Below are positions 1 to 14,380 of a DNA stretch of 64,000 nt, piece by piece. A program made the position numbers and the translations under genes. The notes below the pieces were generated by a model that made no database searches, was not told where the DNA came from, and was given only the letters and a program-made list of their open reading frames with translations. The DNA comes from Octopus vulgaris (Eukaryota): positions 372,001 to 436,000 of the forward strand of contig OX597827.1 in assembly GCA_951406725.2 (NCBI GenBank), read 5' to 3'. The first letter of the stretch is position 1. The number at the start of each line of letters is the position of its first letter.

Positions 1-78
1 TTCATCATTAACATCAACATTATCACTACTGTTGCCTTCACTGCCACCATTTTTTTAGCATTTCTCATTTCTCATCTC

Positions 79-132
<54 letters not shown>

Positions 133-1069
133 TATGATATTTTTTTTTACAGGAAAGATTTATTATTTTATTAATTGCCAAGAGTAGAGTGCCAAGCTCG
201 CTTTCAGAAACCCTATGTAATATCACCATCTTTTCAGAATCTTTGACAAATAGCAACCATCTACCAAGTGTGTATGCTTGTGTATGTATGTATGTATGTA
301 TGGAAGGAGGGGATAAATTGAAATACAAACCAAAAAAAAAAATGAAAGGAGTTTTGCTTATGTTTTGTTAAATTTTGTTGTTTTGCTTCTTATCTTCCCT
401 TATTCATCATGTTTTTAGGTTTTTTTTTCTGTTTCTATTTTCTTTGGTCTTAACACTGATTTCTACCTTTTATTTCATTGATTATTTTGCCGATGACAGT
501 ATGCTGCCAGTGTTGATAATAATGGGGGCGAGGCAAGTTAAGAGTGAAGAGTGATAAGATATTTTGCAACCTCCTATATTTTTCCCCACCCCCCATTTCT
601 CCTGGTTTGCCTTAACCTAAAATGAAAGCTATTAAGACGACGACGGACACAGTTCACTCCTTGTGGTTGACTTTCATAAGATTGTGCTCTCATCAGCTTG
701 GGAAAACAACACAGTGACTATGACAAACACACCAATACCTATGCTAATATATATATATATATATGTAGGAATGTGTATACATGTGTCTATGTGTATACAT
801 GCATGCTCGCATACACAAAACATTTTTTTCTCGGGAAACTAATGTAAAATATACATATGCCTGCATGCAGACCCCCTTACACAAACACGCTTAAATACAT
901 GCAATGTTTGAATCCATGAATGTACACACACACACACAAATATTCATATACATACACATACAAACATGCATATTATTATTTCTAAATGCATCAAACATAT
1001 ACATACCTAAACACAGCCATATATCATTCTGTCTATAACTATCAAGCATATATATATACACTCACACAG

Positions 1070-1146
<77 letters not shown>

Positions 1147-1604
1147 CATACATACATACATATATGTACATAAGCATTATATATATATATATATATATAT
1201 ACATACATACATACATATATGTACATAAGCATAATATATATATATATATATATATATACATACATTAAGCATACATACAAGAATTTGTATTTATATATAA
1301 ATCAACAAAAATTATCTTCAAAAATATAAACTCTAAACGCTAAAATAACAAAAGAAAAATATCCAAGGAAAAACTGTCAGATTTTTGGATATTTTGTCCC
1401 CGGAATAAGCAGTAGGGCCCATCAGAATATATTGAGAGTTCATGCATTATCCATATACATAAGTCTTTAGGCACATCTGTCCATTACACTAATGGTATAG
1501 CTTTGTAATATTTCACTTAGGCTCTTGTTAACATGGCAACTACACACACACACATAAACACATGTATACACTGTGTTTGTGTTTGTATAAGTATATATGC
1601 ATAT

Positions 1605-1652
<48 letters not shown>

Positions 1653-1738
1653 ATATGCATATAAATGTTTATATAAGTACACACACAGAGACATAAACAT
1701 ATGTGTATATACATTTATATATGTATATTCACACCTTC

Positions 1739-1773
<35 letters not shown>

Positions 1774-1827
1774 TGTATTTATATACATATCTATATGCAT
1801 ATGTATGTGTGTGTGTATGTTCATATT

Positions 1828-1859
<32 letters not shown>

Positions 1860-1965
1860 ACTGTTCCAACCATTTACCAATATATGGCTTTCTCTTACTT
1901 CATCCCACTCTTGCGTGTATGTGTGTGTGTGTGAGTGTGTTTTGATATTTTGACCAAGGAGAGAA

Positions 1966-2032
<67 letters not shown>

Positions 2033-2845
2033 TGTTTGTGTGTGGTGGTGGAGAGAGAGAGGAAGGGAAGAGAGAGTTTTGTACATTTACATGCTTCGCA
2101 AGTAGCTTGGGTTGTGTGCGCATGAATATTTATGATCTGTTGTGGATGGAGTCACAAAGCTCAAACTTATTTTGTGTATTACACACTTCATTATGTGAAC
2201 ACACACACACACATATCTATACGCATACGTACATACAAATAGACACAGTTGTGTGTATGTGACACTGTGTGTGTATACAAATATATATATACAAATTATT
2301 TATCTATCTATATACTATCTAGATATACTAATATACATACACACACTTATATTTCTAAAAAATTACACACACACATATATATACCTTCTTTTTCTTAATA
2401 TATTTGAAGTACATTTTCCAATTTTATGAAAGTTTTGTTTATTTTTAAAATTCTTTGCTCCTTCCCTCACCTATAAAAATATAACTTGCCCTAGTTATTA
2501 ATTTGTCATTAGACCATCATTTTACATGCTGCATGATAGAGTGCAAAGAGTTGTTTAACACCAGGTTAGACCTGATCTCATAGACATGATCATGGGGGTT
2601 CTAGTTGTTACCATATACCTTTTCTAGGATTCTATTGCAGAATATTTTCTACATATTTTTAAGATATTAGGGCATGATAAGAGAGACATTTGGTGTCTCT
2701 TTCTAGCAGGTCAATCATCCTGTTAGAGCGATCTTTTTCAGCTTGTATGTTAAGAATCCATATCTTCTCCAGATTATAGACCAAAGTTTAAAGACAAAGG
2801 ATACAAAATATAATGTAAATATGTGTTTATAGAATACACACACGC

Positions 2846-2878
<33 letters not shown>

Positions 2879-2880
2879 AA

Positions 2881-3004
2881 AGATCAGCTGCCCTGCTGAT
2901 GTGAATATCTCTGAAAATCAAAGAGAAAAAGAGCAACTACACACCACTGCTTCAATATCCAGATAATAGATTAACATTTACACCAACTAGTGGGACCCAT
3001 GGAA
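2881..3004 (+). pseudogene. Degenerate fragment of a restriction-like endonuclease (RLE) domain from an R4/Dong-like non-LTR retrotransposon
   Basis: Reads [10 protein letters not shown], then with frameshifts KIKEKKSNYTPLL..YPDNRLTFTP. Matches the better preserved copy at 52250-52770 ([16 protein letters not shown]). Preceded by (CAT)n. Confidence 0.65.
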
Positions 3005-3735
3005 ATTCTTCAGTGTAAGTCAGCATATTTGAAAGCACAAATATATTCAACACAAGCAAGGAATTTGAAAAAATTCCCTTGAAATTTTGCCAGTTAATCA
3101 AAACTGTAGTTTCAAATATAATCGAAATGAACTTTGGGTTTTGCTTATTTACCATTTTTTAATATGCTTGACAGAGATAATGTGTTGAATAGGTTTAGGG
3201 AAATAAAAGATGAATTAGAATGACAAAACTTATTCATATATATATATATGTGTATGTATATATATATATATTTATATATATGTATGTATGTATGTATATA
3301 TATACATATATATAACTGTGTTTTTCACTGTCTGATCACCAAAGTTCAGTTCAAGTAATTAGCCAATTGAGATTCTTTTCATTTCCTTTCATTTCACTTC
3401 AGTTAACTATTTATTTATATATTAATCAATATCTCTTTTTGAGTAACTATTGATATATCTGTAGACCAACCATCATCATCATCAGCATCATCGTTTAATG
3501 TCCATTTTCCATGCTGCATGATTTGGATGGTTTAAAGGAACCAATAGGCTAGAAGACTGTCCCAAGCCCCAGTGTCTGCTTTGACATGGTCTTTAAATCT
3601 GAGATGCTCTTCCTAATGCCAACTTCTTCACAGAATGGGGGGGGGGGGCTAGTCAATTACATTGAACCCAGTGCTCAATGGGTACTTATTTCATTGACCC
3701 TGAAAGGATGAAAGTCTGCCAGCTGATTACCTTAC

Positions 3736-3771
<36 letters not shown>

Positions 3772-3867
3772 CACCACCACCACCACCACCACCACCACCA
3801 CCACCACCACCATTTGGGACTGATGACAAATATGCAGAGTTCTAGATTTAGCAATTTCAAATTCGAC

Positions 3868-4346
3868 GACTGGCACACATACCAACCTCCCTTCGTTGGA
3901 CACTAAACTCTGCTTGCGAAGACCTGTTGGGGCAAATTAAATCGTAATTGAACCAAATTCAATGACTGGCACCCGTGCCAGTGGAGTGCTAACAGCTCCA
4001 TCTGAGCGGGATCACTGCCAGAGCAGCTGTCTGGCTTCCGTGCCGGTGGCACGTAAAAAGTACCATTTGAGCTTGATCGTTACCAGCGTCGCCTTACTGG
4101 CACATGAACAAAACATTCAAGCGGGGTCGTTGCCAGTGCCACTGGACTGTCCCTCGTGCCAGTGGCACATAAAAGCACTCACTACACTCTTGGAGTGGTT
4201 GGCGTTAAGAAGGGCATCCAGCTGTAGAAACTCTGCCAGATCAGATTGGAGCCTGGCATAGCCATCTGGTTCACCAGTCCTCAGTCAAATCGTCCAACCC
4301 ATGCTAGCATGGAAAGCGGACGTTAAATGATGATGATGATGATGAT
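3868..4346 (+). mobile_element. SINE/LINE-tail repeat ending in (GAT)n
   Basis: 3' motif aagggcatccagctgtagaaa...ccatgctagcatggaaagcggacgttaaatgatgatg recurs at about 7170-7395 and 15870-16020, and inverted at about 3470-3630. Confidence 0.75.
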
Positions 4347-4470
4347 CACTGCTGTTGTATGCTTTTCATTTGTTATTGATATTCTTCTGTGATTTTTAAC
4401 ATTAAACATCTAGACAAGATGATTTCTTGAGATGTATATTACAGTTTTGTGGCTTTCTACAACATATATA

Positions 4471-4653
4471 GGTGCAGGAGTGGCTATGTGGTATGAAGCT
4501 TGCTTCTCAACCCCATGGCTCCAGGTTCAGTCCCTCTGCATGGCACCTTGAGCACATGTCTTCTACTATGGTCTTGGGCCAACCAAAGCCTTGTGAGTTG
4601 ATTTGGTGCTCAGAAATTGAAAGAACCCCATTGTCTCTCTCTCTCTCTCTCTC

Positions 4654-4692
<39 letters not shown>

Positions 4693-4937
4693 GAATATGT
4701 ATATGTATGTGTATGTGTGTGTGTGTCTGTGTTTGTTCTCCCCTCCATCACCACTTGACAACGGTGTTGTTATGTTTATGTCCCTGTAACTTGATGGTTT
4801 GGCAAAAAGTGACCGATAGGATAAGTACCAGGCTTAAAAAATAAGTACTGGGGTCAACTCATTTGACTAAAATTCTCCACGGTGGTGCCCCAACATGGCT
4901 ACAGACTAATGACTGAAACAGTTAAAAGATAAAAGAT
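4471..4937 (+). mobile_element. tRNA-derived SINE family A with internal (TA)n/(TG)n
   Basis: Head ggtgcaggagtggctatgtgg with B-box-like ggttcagtccc, and tail tgactgaaaca..taaaaga. Many copies in this window. Confidence 0.85.
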
Positions 4938-5250
4938 ATCCATGTTAAGTAGGATATTCAAAATGCTATTCTGAACTAATACGGCTTCCATTGACAATAA
5001 TGAATATATAGATACAATACAATATGTCAATTAAACGACAAGTAGCTTGGTGCCTTTGATAAAGGGGTGAGTTTGTCTGTTTTTGTTGCTACTTCACTCT
5101 TCTTCACTGCCCATCCCCAACTCTCCTTTCACTTGTACATTTGTCTCTTTTACTAACCCCTTTCTCTCTTTCTCCCCCTTTCATAATTCATCTTGTTCTC
5201 TCTCTATATATGCTTCTCACTGCCTGTTGCTTTCTTCCTCTCTGTCTATC

Positions 5251-5303
<53 letters not shown>

Positions 5304-6265
5304 TCTCCATCTCTGTATGTGTGTGTGTGTGTATATATATGTATATATATGTGTGTATATATATATGTATGTATACATACATATATATATATATATACAC
5401 ACACACATATATGTATGTATGTATGTATGTATGTTGCCTCTTTCTTTGCATGTCTCTCTTTCTCTCTATATATACACAGCTTATATTAATTTCCCGCCTC
5501 CAACCAATGGGTTTCATATTTATCTGAGCGACCAGCAAGATCGCACAAATGAATAGGAAGACGGCAGCTGTTTATTAGGCAACAGATATCCATTGCATTC
5601 ATCATACCTCACGAGATGCATTGTTAGCATGCAAAGGGATGTATCCATTGTCAAGGGAGTTTCTACATGGAAGCAGCACTGTCAGAAATTCCATCGACAG
5701 ACATGCGATAAGGGGTTGAAGATGAAAGCTGACAGCTTATCACAACCCTTTTCAGCCAATAGTCGTCACCCACAAAACCCTATCTAAAGCATCACGCCAC
5801 CCCCTTCACCTCACTGGTATCTTAAATGGAGTTTAACCAATCCAATTCTGCTGCAACCACCACTGGCTCCACCACCAATCACCCATGCACTCACTCCAAT
5901 CTGATATCTGTCTTATTCGTTTATTTTCATTCTGTTTTTGCTGTCAAGATATTTAAATACACTTATGTGTAACATGCATTTATGCAAATGACATGTATGT
6001 ATGTATGTATGTATGTATGTATGTATGTATGTATGTATGTATGTATGTATGTATGTATGTGTGTATGTATGTAGAAATGATGCCAAAACAGATATTGGGA
6101 CTCGGTGCAATCTTCTGGCTTGTTGAATCCTATCCATCCATCTAACCCAGGCTAGCTTGGAAAAAAAATGATAAATGATGATGAGGTTATATAATATGTG
6201 TGTGAGTGTAAATGCAAACACATCAAGCACATATTTATATATGTATTCATGAAAAATCACCATAA

Positions 6266-6296
<31 letters not shown>

Positions 6297-6374
6297 TGCA
6301 GATACACAGACAAACAAGCAAATGTCTGGTAAAATTATGTATTTATGTACATATTTCAATGAATAACTCATTAT

Positions 6375-6607
6375 TCTAGGCACAAGGCCTGAAATTTTAG
6401 GGGAGGGGGCCAGTTGATTAGATCGACCCCAGTATGCAACTGGCACTTAATTTATCGGCTCCAGTGAGTAACTGGTACTTATTTAATCGACCCTGAAAGG
6501 ATGAAAAGCAAAGTCGACCTTGGCGGAATTTGAACAGAATGTAATGGCAGATGAAATACCACTAAGCATTTTGCCCAATGCATTAACGTTTCTGCCGGCA
6601 CACCACC
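6375..6607 (-). mobile_element. tRNA-derived SINE family B
   Basis: Reverse complement of the ttagcacgccgggcgaaatgc...gtcgactttgcctttcatcctttcggggtcgat consensus seen at 49087-49322. Confidence 0.85.
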
Positions 6608-6631
6608 TTTAGTGAACTCATTATTGGTGAT

Positions 6632-6662
<31 letters not shown>

Positions 6663-7784
6663 GGATTAATAATGGACAGATAGGGGTTGCTCTGTGGTTA
6701 AGGAGCTTGCATTCCGGCCTTGAGCTCTTGAGTTTAATTCCAGTGTGGCACTCTGTACAAGTGTCCTCTCCAATTTTATAAGTGCAGGCATCCCCTGTGA
6801 GTATGCCCAGCATTCTGTCACCATCTCTATCCTGCTGTCTCCCACTCTCTCTCTCCTTTTCCTGCATTTCCTTCAGGTTGGGTAACCATGCATTTCCTTT
6901 GCGATAGCACACCTGTTTCTGTCTTCATTCCTGATCTCTCTCTCCTCTCCCCCACCCCACCGGCCAGGTAACCTTGTACTTTCTCTACAACAAGACACCT
7001 GTTTCTGTTTCCCTGTCTCACCATAACCTTTTATCATCTGACACAAGATCACCTCCACCAATGCCCCTCCCTTCTTGAAATTTTTTGATTTGTCTTACAA
7101 GCGCTTGGTGACCCTGTCAGTGCAAGTGCCACTTAAAAACACTCAGTCCACACTGTATGGTGACAGGTGTTCGGAAGGGCATCAAGCTGTAAAAACCTTG
7201 CCAAACCTCACCTGTGCTTGTGCCATGTAAAAAGCACTAAGTGAACTCTGCTGAGTGGTTGGTATTAGAAAGTGCATCCAGCTGTAAAAATCCTGCTGAA
7301 ACAGTCACAGAAGTCTGGTGCAAGCTTCTGCCTGGCCGGCTGTTGTGAAACTGTCCCACCCATGCTAGCATGGAAGGTGGACGTTAAATGATAATTTGAT
7401 GGGGCATGACTCTGTAGTAAGAAGTTTGCTTCCAGAACACATGGTTCTGGTTTCAGTTCCAATGTGTGACTTATGGGCTAAGTGTCTTCTGCAACCAAAG
7501 CCTTGTGAGTTAATTTGGTTGATGGAAACTGAAAGAAGCCCATTGTGTATATAAATATATATTTTCATATTGAATAACATAGGGTCAGAGTTTGGGTCAG
7601 GGTTACACTCTTTGAATAAAAGAGTTTTTGCTCTCTTTTATCTTCTATTTGCTTCAGTTCATTGGGCTGTGGCCATGCTGGGGCACTGCCTTCACAGGTT
7701 TACACTAACAAATCAACCCCAGTGCTTATTATTTAAGTTTTGTAATTATTCTCATGATCTTTTATGTTGAAACACTAAGATATC

Positions 7785-8190
7785 TTTTATCTTTTACTTG
7801 TTTCAGTCATTTGACTGTGGCCATGCTGGAGCACCACCTTGGAGAATTTTAGTTGAATGAATCAACCCCAGTACTTATTATTTATTTTAAAGCTTGGTAT
7901 TTATTCTATCGATCTCTGTTGCTAAACTGCTAAGTTGCAGGGACTCAAACACTCCAATACCATTTGTCAATCAATGGGTGACAAACACACACACACACAC
8001 ACGTGTGTGTGTGTGTGAGTGTGTGTATATGATGAGCTTCTTTCAGTTTCTGTCTGCCAAATCCACTCACAAGACTTTGGACCACCTGAGGCCATAGTAG
8101 GAGACACTTGCTCAACGTGGAATGCAGTGGGATTGAACCTGGAACCATGTGGATGCAAAGCAAGCTTCTCAATGACGTGGCCATGTCTGG
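7785..8190 (-). mobile_element. SINE family A
   Basis: Reverse complement of family A head and tail. Further partial copies at about 7400-7550 (+) and 7640-7770 (-). Confidence 0.8.
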
Positions 8191-9564
8191 GTGTTATAGG
8201 TTTTCTGGATCAGGACCGACCTAAGTGTAAACACACCACCAGTGCAATTGATGAAGAAATTACAAGTCAGTTGATGAAGTTCTATGTGACTAATGACACA
8301 TTGGATAATGGAGTCTTAAATGTGCAATGCCTGATAGAAGTAAAGATGGGACAGCCATGTCTGGAAAGCCTTTCATCATAAAATCTGTTGACTCATGGAT
8401 GACCTGTGACTAAATAACAATGCCAACAACAAGAACATAACAATGTGATGTAATATCTGTTCCACACCACCATCACCACCATCAATGCCCACCACTATCA
8501 CTATTACAATCACCATCATCACCAGCTCCATCCTCTAACCAATACATCACCATCATAACAACCACCACCACCACCACCACCACCACCACCTCAACCACCA
8601 CCACCACCACCACCACCACCACCACCACCACCACCACCACAGCTACAACCAGTGGCAGCAGCAGCAGCTGTGGCTACATCTCACTAATACCTCCCACCAC
8701 ACCCTTAAAACTACGCACACCTTCAAAGGGTACAGCAATTATGGTGGACATTGATTAATGCTTTGTGTGTGTGTGAGTGAGTGAATGTGTGTGCGTGTGT
8801 GTGTAAGAGAGAGTGTGCATAAGAATTTGTGCATGTGTGTGCAGGAGTGTGAGATGCGAGTGCAAGTGTGTGAGTTTGTGCTTGATTATGCATGATTATG
8901 CATGTGTGTGCATGTGAGTGTGTGCATGTGAGAGTGTGAGTGTGTGCATGCGAGTGAGTGTGTGAATGAGGGAAGGCTGTCTGTATGTGTGTGTATGCGT
9001 GCACACGCGAATGGAAGAGAGGTGTGTGTGTGTGAGCATGTGAGTGAGTGAATGTGTGCAAGTGTATTTGAGTGTGTGTGTGTGTGCATGTATGTAAAAA
9101 GAGCATGTGTGTGTGTGTGTGTGTGCATATATAGGACTATTTGTGTAGGACAGACTTTGTATTTATGGAGGTAGGTCTGTGTATGTATATGTGCGTGTAC
9201 AGATATGTGACTGTATATACATAACCGTGTGTGCATGTATGTGTGTGTGTGTGTATGTATGGGTGCATGTGACTATGTAGTTGTGAGTATTGGATTATCT
9301 GTATATAACTGTGACTATGTATGCACAGTGTGTGTGTATATAAGTATGTGTGATCATGTCTGTGTATGTATATTGTATATTTACCTGTGTGTATATGTTT
9401 GTGTATATGCTCATGTATATATGCCAGCATGTATGTATATGTCACTGTGTACATAAATATGTGACTGTAGATTATGTATACACATGTATATGCCATCTAA
9501 ATATATGTGTATATGTGATGAGTGTGTGTATGTGTGAATATATATTTATGTGTGAATTTGTAAA

Positions 9565-10284
9565 TGTTTGTCTTACTACATGTGTTTGTCTTACTACATG
9601 TGTTTGTCTTACTACATGTGTTTGTCTTAGTACATGTGTTTGTCTTACTACATGTGTTTGTCTTAGTACATGTGTTTGTCTTAGTACATGTGTTTGTCTT
9701 ACTACATGTGTTTGTCTTACTACATGTGTTTGTCTTAGTACATGTGTTTGTCTTACTACATGTGTTTGTCTTACTACATGTGTTTGTCTTACTACATGTG
9801 TTTGTCTTACTACATGTGTTTGTCTTACTACATGTGTTTGTCTTACTACATGTGTTTGTCTTACTACATGTGTTTGTCTTAGTACATGTGTTTGTCTTAG
9901 TACATGTGTTTGTCTTAGTACATGTGTTTGTCTTACTACATGTGTTTGTCTTACTACATGTGTTTGTCTTACTACATGTGTTTGTCTTAGTACATGTGTT
10001 TGTCTTACTACATGTGTTTGTCTTACTACATGTGTTTGTCTTAGTACATGTGTTTGTCTTACTACATGTGTTTGTCTTAGTACATGTGTTTGTCTTAGTA
10101 CATGTGTTTGTCTTAGTACATGTGTTTGTCTTACTACATGTGTTTGTCTTACTACATGTGTTTGTCTTAGTACATGTGTTTGTCTTAGTACATGTGTTTG
10201 TCTTACTACATGTGTTTGTCTTACTACATGTGTTTGTCTTACTACATGTGTTTGTCTTAGTACATGTGTTTGTCTTACTACATG
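9565..10284. repeat. 18-bp minisatellite, 40 copies, TGTTTGTCTTA[C/G]TACATG
   Basis: 720 bp = 40 x 18. Units differ only at one C/G position (25 C, 15 G by my count). Confidence 0.97.
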
Positions 10285-10844
10285 TGTATACAGACACACC
10301 TACACATGTTTATGCATGTGTTTATATGCATGGTATGTATGTATATGGCTATGTAGACAAAATTGTGCATGTATATATATATATATATGTAAAAACATAG
10401 TGTGAACAGAACATATGTGTGCATATTTGCATATGTATCCATGATTTTGCAAATGCAAACACACACACACACACACACACATATACATATACATATACAA
10501 ATGTATATACGTGTGTGTATACAAATGTGTGAGTTTACATGTTACAATGTATATGAACGTATGCTTGTATGTGTAATGCATGTCTATGGGTACACACATA
10601 AACACACACACACTAATGCATTCATATATACATACATATCTATACACACACATGTACATATATGTAAGCATTTGCATTTGTATACATATGTGTTGATGAT
10701 ACTATAAATATATGTATTTGTCAGTGTGTATGAGTATGCTTTTGTGTGCATGTGTGTGACATAAAGTTAAATGTCTGTGTGTGTATATGAAGATGCATTT
10801 ATGTATGAGGTAGGTGCTGGAAAGTTCCTGGCTTTAAGAATATT

Positions 10845-11043
10845 CTTTTCTACTCTAGGCACAAGTCCCCAAATTTTAGGGGAGGGCACCAGTCAATTAG
10901 ATCGACCCCAGAATACAACTGGTACTTAATTTATCAACCCTGAAAGGATGAAAGGCAAAGTCGACCTTGGCAGAATTTGAACTCAGAACGTAAAGACAGA
11001 CGAAATACCACTAAGCATTTTGCCCGTCATACTAATGTTTCTT
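10845..11043 (-). mobile_element. SINE family B with 16-bp target-site duplication
   Basis: tggctttaagaatatt occurs at 10829-10844 and 11044-11059, flanking the SINE. Confidence 0.9.
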
Positions 11044-11139
11044 TGGCTTTAAGAATATTGCAAAAGGCCTGGTTGGAGGCCCAACCTTCCAAGTTCTTTT
11101 ACAGGGCTTAGGAAAACTGAAGGACCAGAATCTGAGAGG

Positions 11140-11284
11140 GGAATGTGACTGTGTGGTAAGAAACTTGATCCCCAACTACAGGGTTCTGGGTTCAGTCCCA
11201 CTGCGTAATACCTTGGACATGTGTCTTGGGTCAACCAAAGTCTTGTGATTGGATCTGGTAATTGGAAACCAAAAGAAGCCTATC

Positions 11285-11339
<55 letters not shown>

Positions 11340-11555
11340 TGTCTGTGTTTGTGCCCTGCCATCACCACTTGACAACTGGTGTTGGTGTGTTTACATCTCC
11401 GTAACTAAGTGGTTTGGTAAAAGAGATCAATAGAATAAGTACTAGGTTTAAAAAATGAATTTTGGGGGTTCATTTGTTCGACCAAAACCCTTCAAATCGG
11501 TGCTCCAGCATAGCCACAGTCTAATGACTGAAACAAGTAAAAGAATAAAAGAAAG
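11140..11555 (+). mobile_element. SINE family A
   Basis: Head, (TG)n and tail ending tgactgaaacaagtaaaagaataaaaga. Confidence 0.85.
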
Positions 11556-13046
11556 AACAAACTGATCCTCCTGAATTTTCTTTTACCCCAAAACCAAGAA
11601 CTTTTCTGCCTCTCCTTGGTTGGCCCAAGGCTATAGTAGAAGACACATGGCCAAGGTGTCACACAGTGGGACTGAACCTAGAACCATGTAGTCGGGGAGC
11701 AAGTTTCTTACCACACAGTCACATTCCTCTCTCAGATTCCTTCAGTTTTTCTAAGCCTGTGTGTGTGAGTGTGTTTACATAACACATGTATTTGTGGCAT
11801 GTTTGTAATACCAACATGTTAGACTGTGACTGCATTAACATAAGTTTGAATGTGTCTATGCGTGTGTGAATGTGTACATGTTTTTCACTGATTTGCAGAG
11901 AGGGGAGTTGCCTATGGCCTTTTCAGGCCCTCCTAGACGCAATATGTATACGAGCGTGCGTTTGTGTGGGTGTATATATATATATATATAAAGCACTGCT
12001 CATAAGAGTTTATAAATATGCATTAGTGATGTGCTTGTGTGCATATGCAAGTATGTATTTATGTGTGTGTGAATGTGTATGTGTTTATGGAAGTTGCATG
12101 CATGTGTGTGTGTGAGATAGATAGTATGTGTGTGTGTGAGAGTGTATGTTAGTGCATGTGTGCGAGAGAAATAAAGAGTGTGTGTGTGTGTGTGTGTGTG
12201 TGTGAGTGTAGTTAGTGAGTGTATGTGAGGGAGAGACTGTGTGAGAGAGACAAAGAAAGTGTATATATGAGAGAGGGAGAGTGAGTGTGTGTGAGAGGGA
12301 TAGAAAGAAAGTATATGTGAAGGGGAGAGGGAGAGTGTGTGAGAGAGAGGGAGAGAAAGAAAGAGGCTATGTGCATGTATGTTTGCATATATGCATGAAC
12401 GAGCATATGTTGGTGTGTATGTGTGTTTGTATATGTGTGTAAATGCATTATACATGTATGAATGTATATGTAATAGTGTGTAATTATGGGATGTATGCAT
12501 GTGTGCATATGTGCGTGCAAGCGTGCATGTGCGGTTTATACCTTCTCCACCTCCGTCACCTGCTTCTCCCAATCAAGTTCAGTTTCATTAACTGATTAAG
12601 AAGACAGGCTGACTTCACTCATCTGCTGCTAATTGAAGCTTTCAACACCCACCACCACCTCCACCACCTCCACCACCACCTGAACCTTTTACTTGCAAAG
12701 CCATCACCTCTTATCCTTCCCCACCGATCACCCTCTCCCTCATTTTAACCTCTGATCTCTACTCCCCCTTTTTCCTCTGCCATTGCCACACACACAAACA
12801 CACACACACACACACACATGCACATATAAATGCACATATTGCACATACACAGACACATGCTCACGCAAAGTTCCTGTGGACTATGAAACAAAGAGGAGGA
12901 GAAGTGAGAGTGAAAGAGAAAAGTGTGTGGGAACTTCTGATCTCTCCTCCCCTTCCTGCTACTACTATTATAATTACTACATGCATGCATGTATAGATGC
13001 ACGGATACAGATCCTACTTCCTACATGAGGAAAAGTGTGTAGGTGG

Positions 13047-13096
<50 letters not shown>

Positions 13097-13524
13097 GAGA
13101 GGAAGAAAGAGACCTTCAGCTTACCTCTCTCTTCCTACTATTCACATCCACAAACATGCTAACACAAATACATCAGCTCTCTCTCTCTCTCTCTCACTCT
13201 TTCTCTCTCTCACACATACAAATGCTCAAAGCTGTAGGAAACAATGAGGGAGAAAAGCTGAGAGAGAGAGAGAGGCTCCCTGCTTATCTCACCTCTCTTT
13301 CCTCCTAATATTCACATTCACAAATACGCTTACACATGCACACATTGGTTCTCTATCTCTCTTTGTCTCTCTCTCTCTCTCCCTCTCACACACAAATGCT
13401 CAAAGCTGTAGGAGGAAACAATGAGGGAGAAAAGCTGAGAGAGAGAGAGAGAGAGAGTGGGGGGGGGGGAGAAAGAATAAAAAAAATGAAAGAAATGTGA
13501 GAAAAAAGCTGCAGCAGGTAAAGA

Positions 13525-13590
<66 letters not shown>

Positions 13591-14080
13591 AACAATGAAA
13601 TAAATAAAAGCTGAAATATATGAAGAATGAAAAAGGAAGAAAAAATTAAATGAAATGTTGGAAGAAGTGCAAAATAGAAGAAAGAAGAATTTAGAGATGA
13701 AGGGTTAATGGGTTAATAGGGAAGGAATAGAAGTAAGGAGTAGTAGTCATTTAGCCCAAGGTCAGCTTTGGTTGGACAGTCTGTGATCAAAGACATTATT
13801 GCAACCATGAACAACCTGCCTTTTGGGATATCATCATCATCATGATCCTCATTGTTTAACATCCTTTTTTCCCTGTCTTCATGGGTCAGATGGAATTTGG
13901 TGAGGCAGGTTCTCTATGGCCAGATGCCCTTCTTCTCACCAACTCTTATCTATTTTCAACCAAGATAATATTTCTCCAAAGTCAAGAGATTTTTATTCTC
14001 ATGGAAGACTGAAAATGAACAACATAGCTTACATGATAATGATTCTCATTTATATTCATTAAATGATATCAAGAACAAAG

Positions 14081-14126
<46 letters not shown>

Positions 14127-14161
14127 GCACACACACACACACACATACGCACATCATGTCC

Positions 14162-14380
14162 GGTAAGTTCACCATCATCAATTCACTACAGAAAAAGTTC
14201 ACTCTACGAATTTTTTGACATAATTTTTCAACTTCAATTTTTCTCTCATATTTTTCTTCAATAAAATAGTTTTTACTCTGGATATATTTTCTCCGTAAGC
14301 TTTACTCATGGTGAACTTTCTTCATGTTGAATTGATAGCAGTGAACTTTCCTACAATGAATTAATGGTGGTGAACTTACC
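14162..14380. mobile_element. Small MITE-like fold-back element
   Basis: About 40-bp imperfect TIRs ggtaagttcaccatcatcaattcac... / ...tgaattaatggtggtgaacttacc. Confidence 0.7.

Larger units (their letters stand above)
10804..11618. mobile_element. Mariner-type MITE carrying two nested SINE insertions
   Basis: Termini tatgaggtaggtgctggaaagttcctgg / ccaagaacttttctgcc. Internal pieces match the uninterrupted MITE at 31843-32053 in reverse orientation. Confidence 0.7.

Noticed and set aside
5708-5752. Hairpin with a miR-2-like TATCACA start
   Set aside because: The stem is short and bulged, and the seed differs (ATCACAA rather than ATCACAG).
9565-10284. CRISPR-like array
   Set aside because: No unique spacers, no cas genes, and a eukaryotic context.
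9350-10405. Long ORFs of CLTTCV, RQTHVV, KTNTCS or VFVLLH repeats
   Set aside because: They are open in four frames only because the 18-bp unit lacks stops in those frames. There is no splice or domain context.
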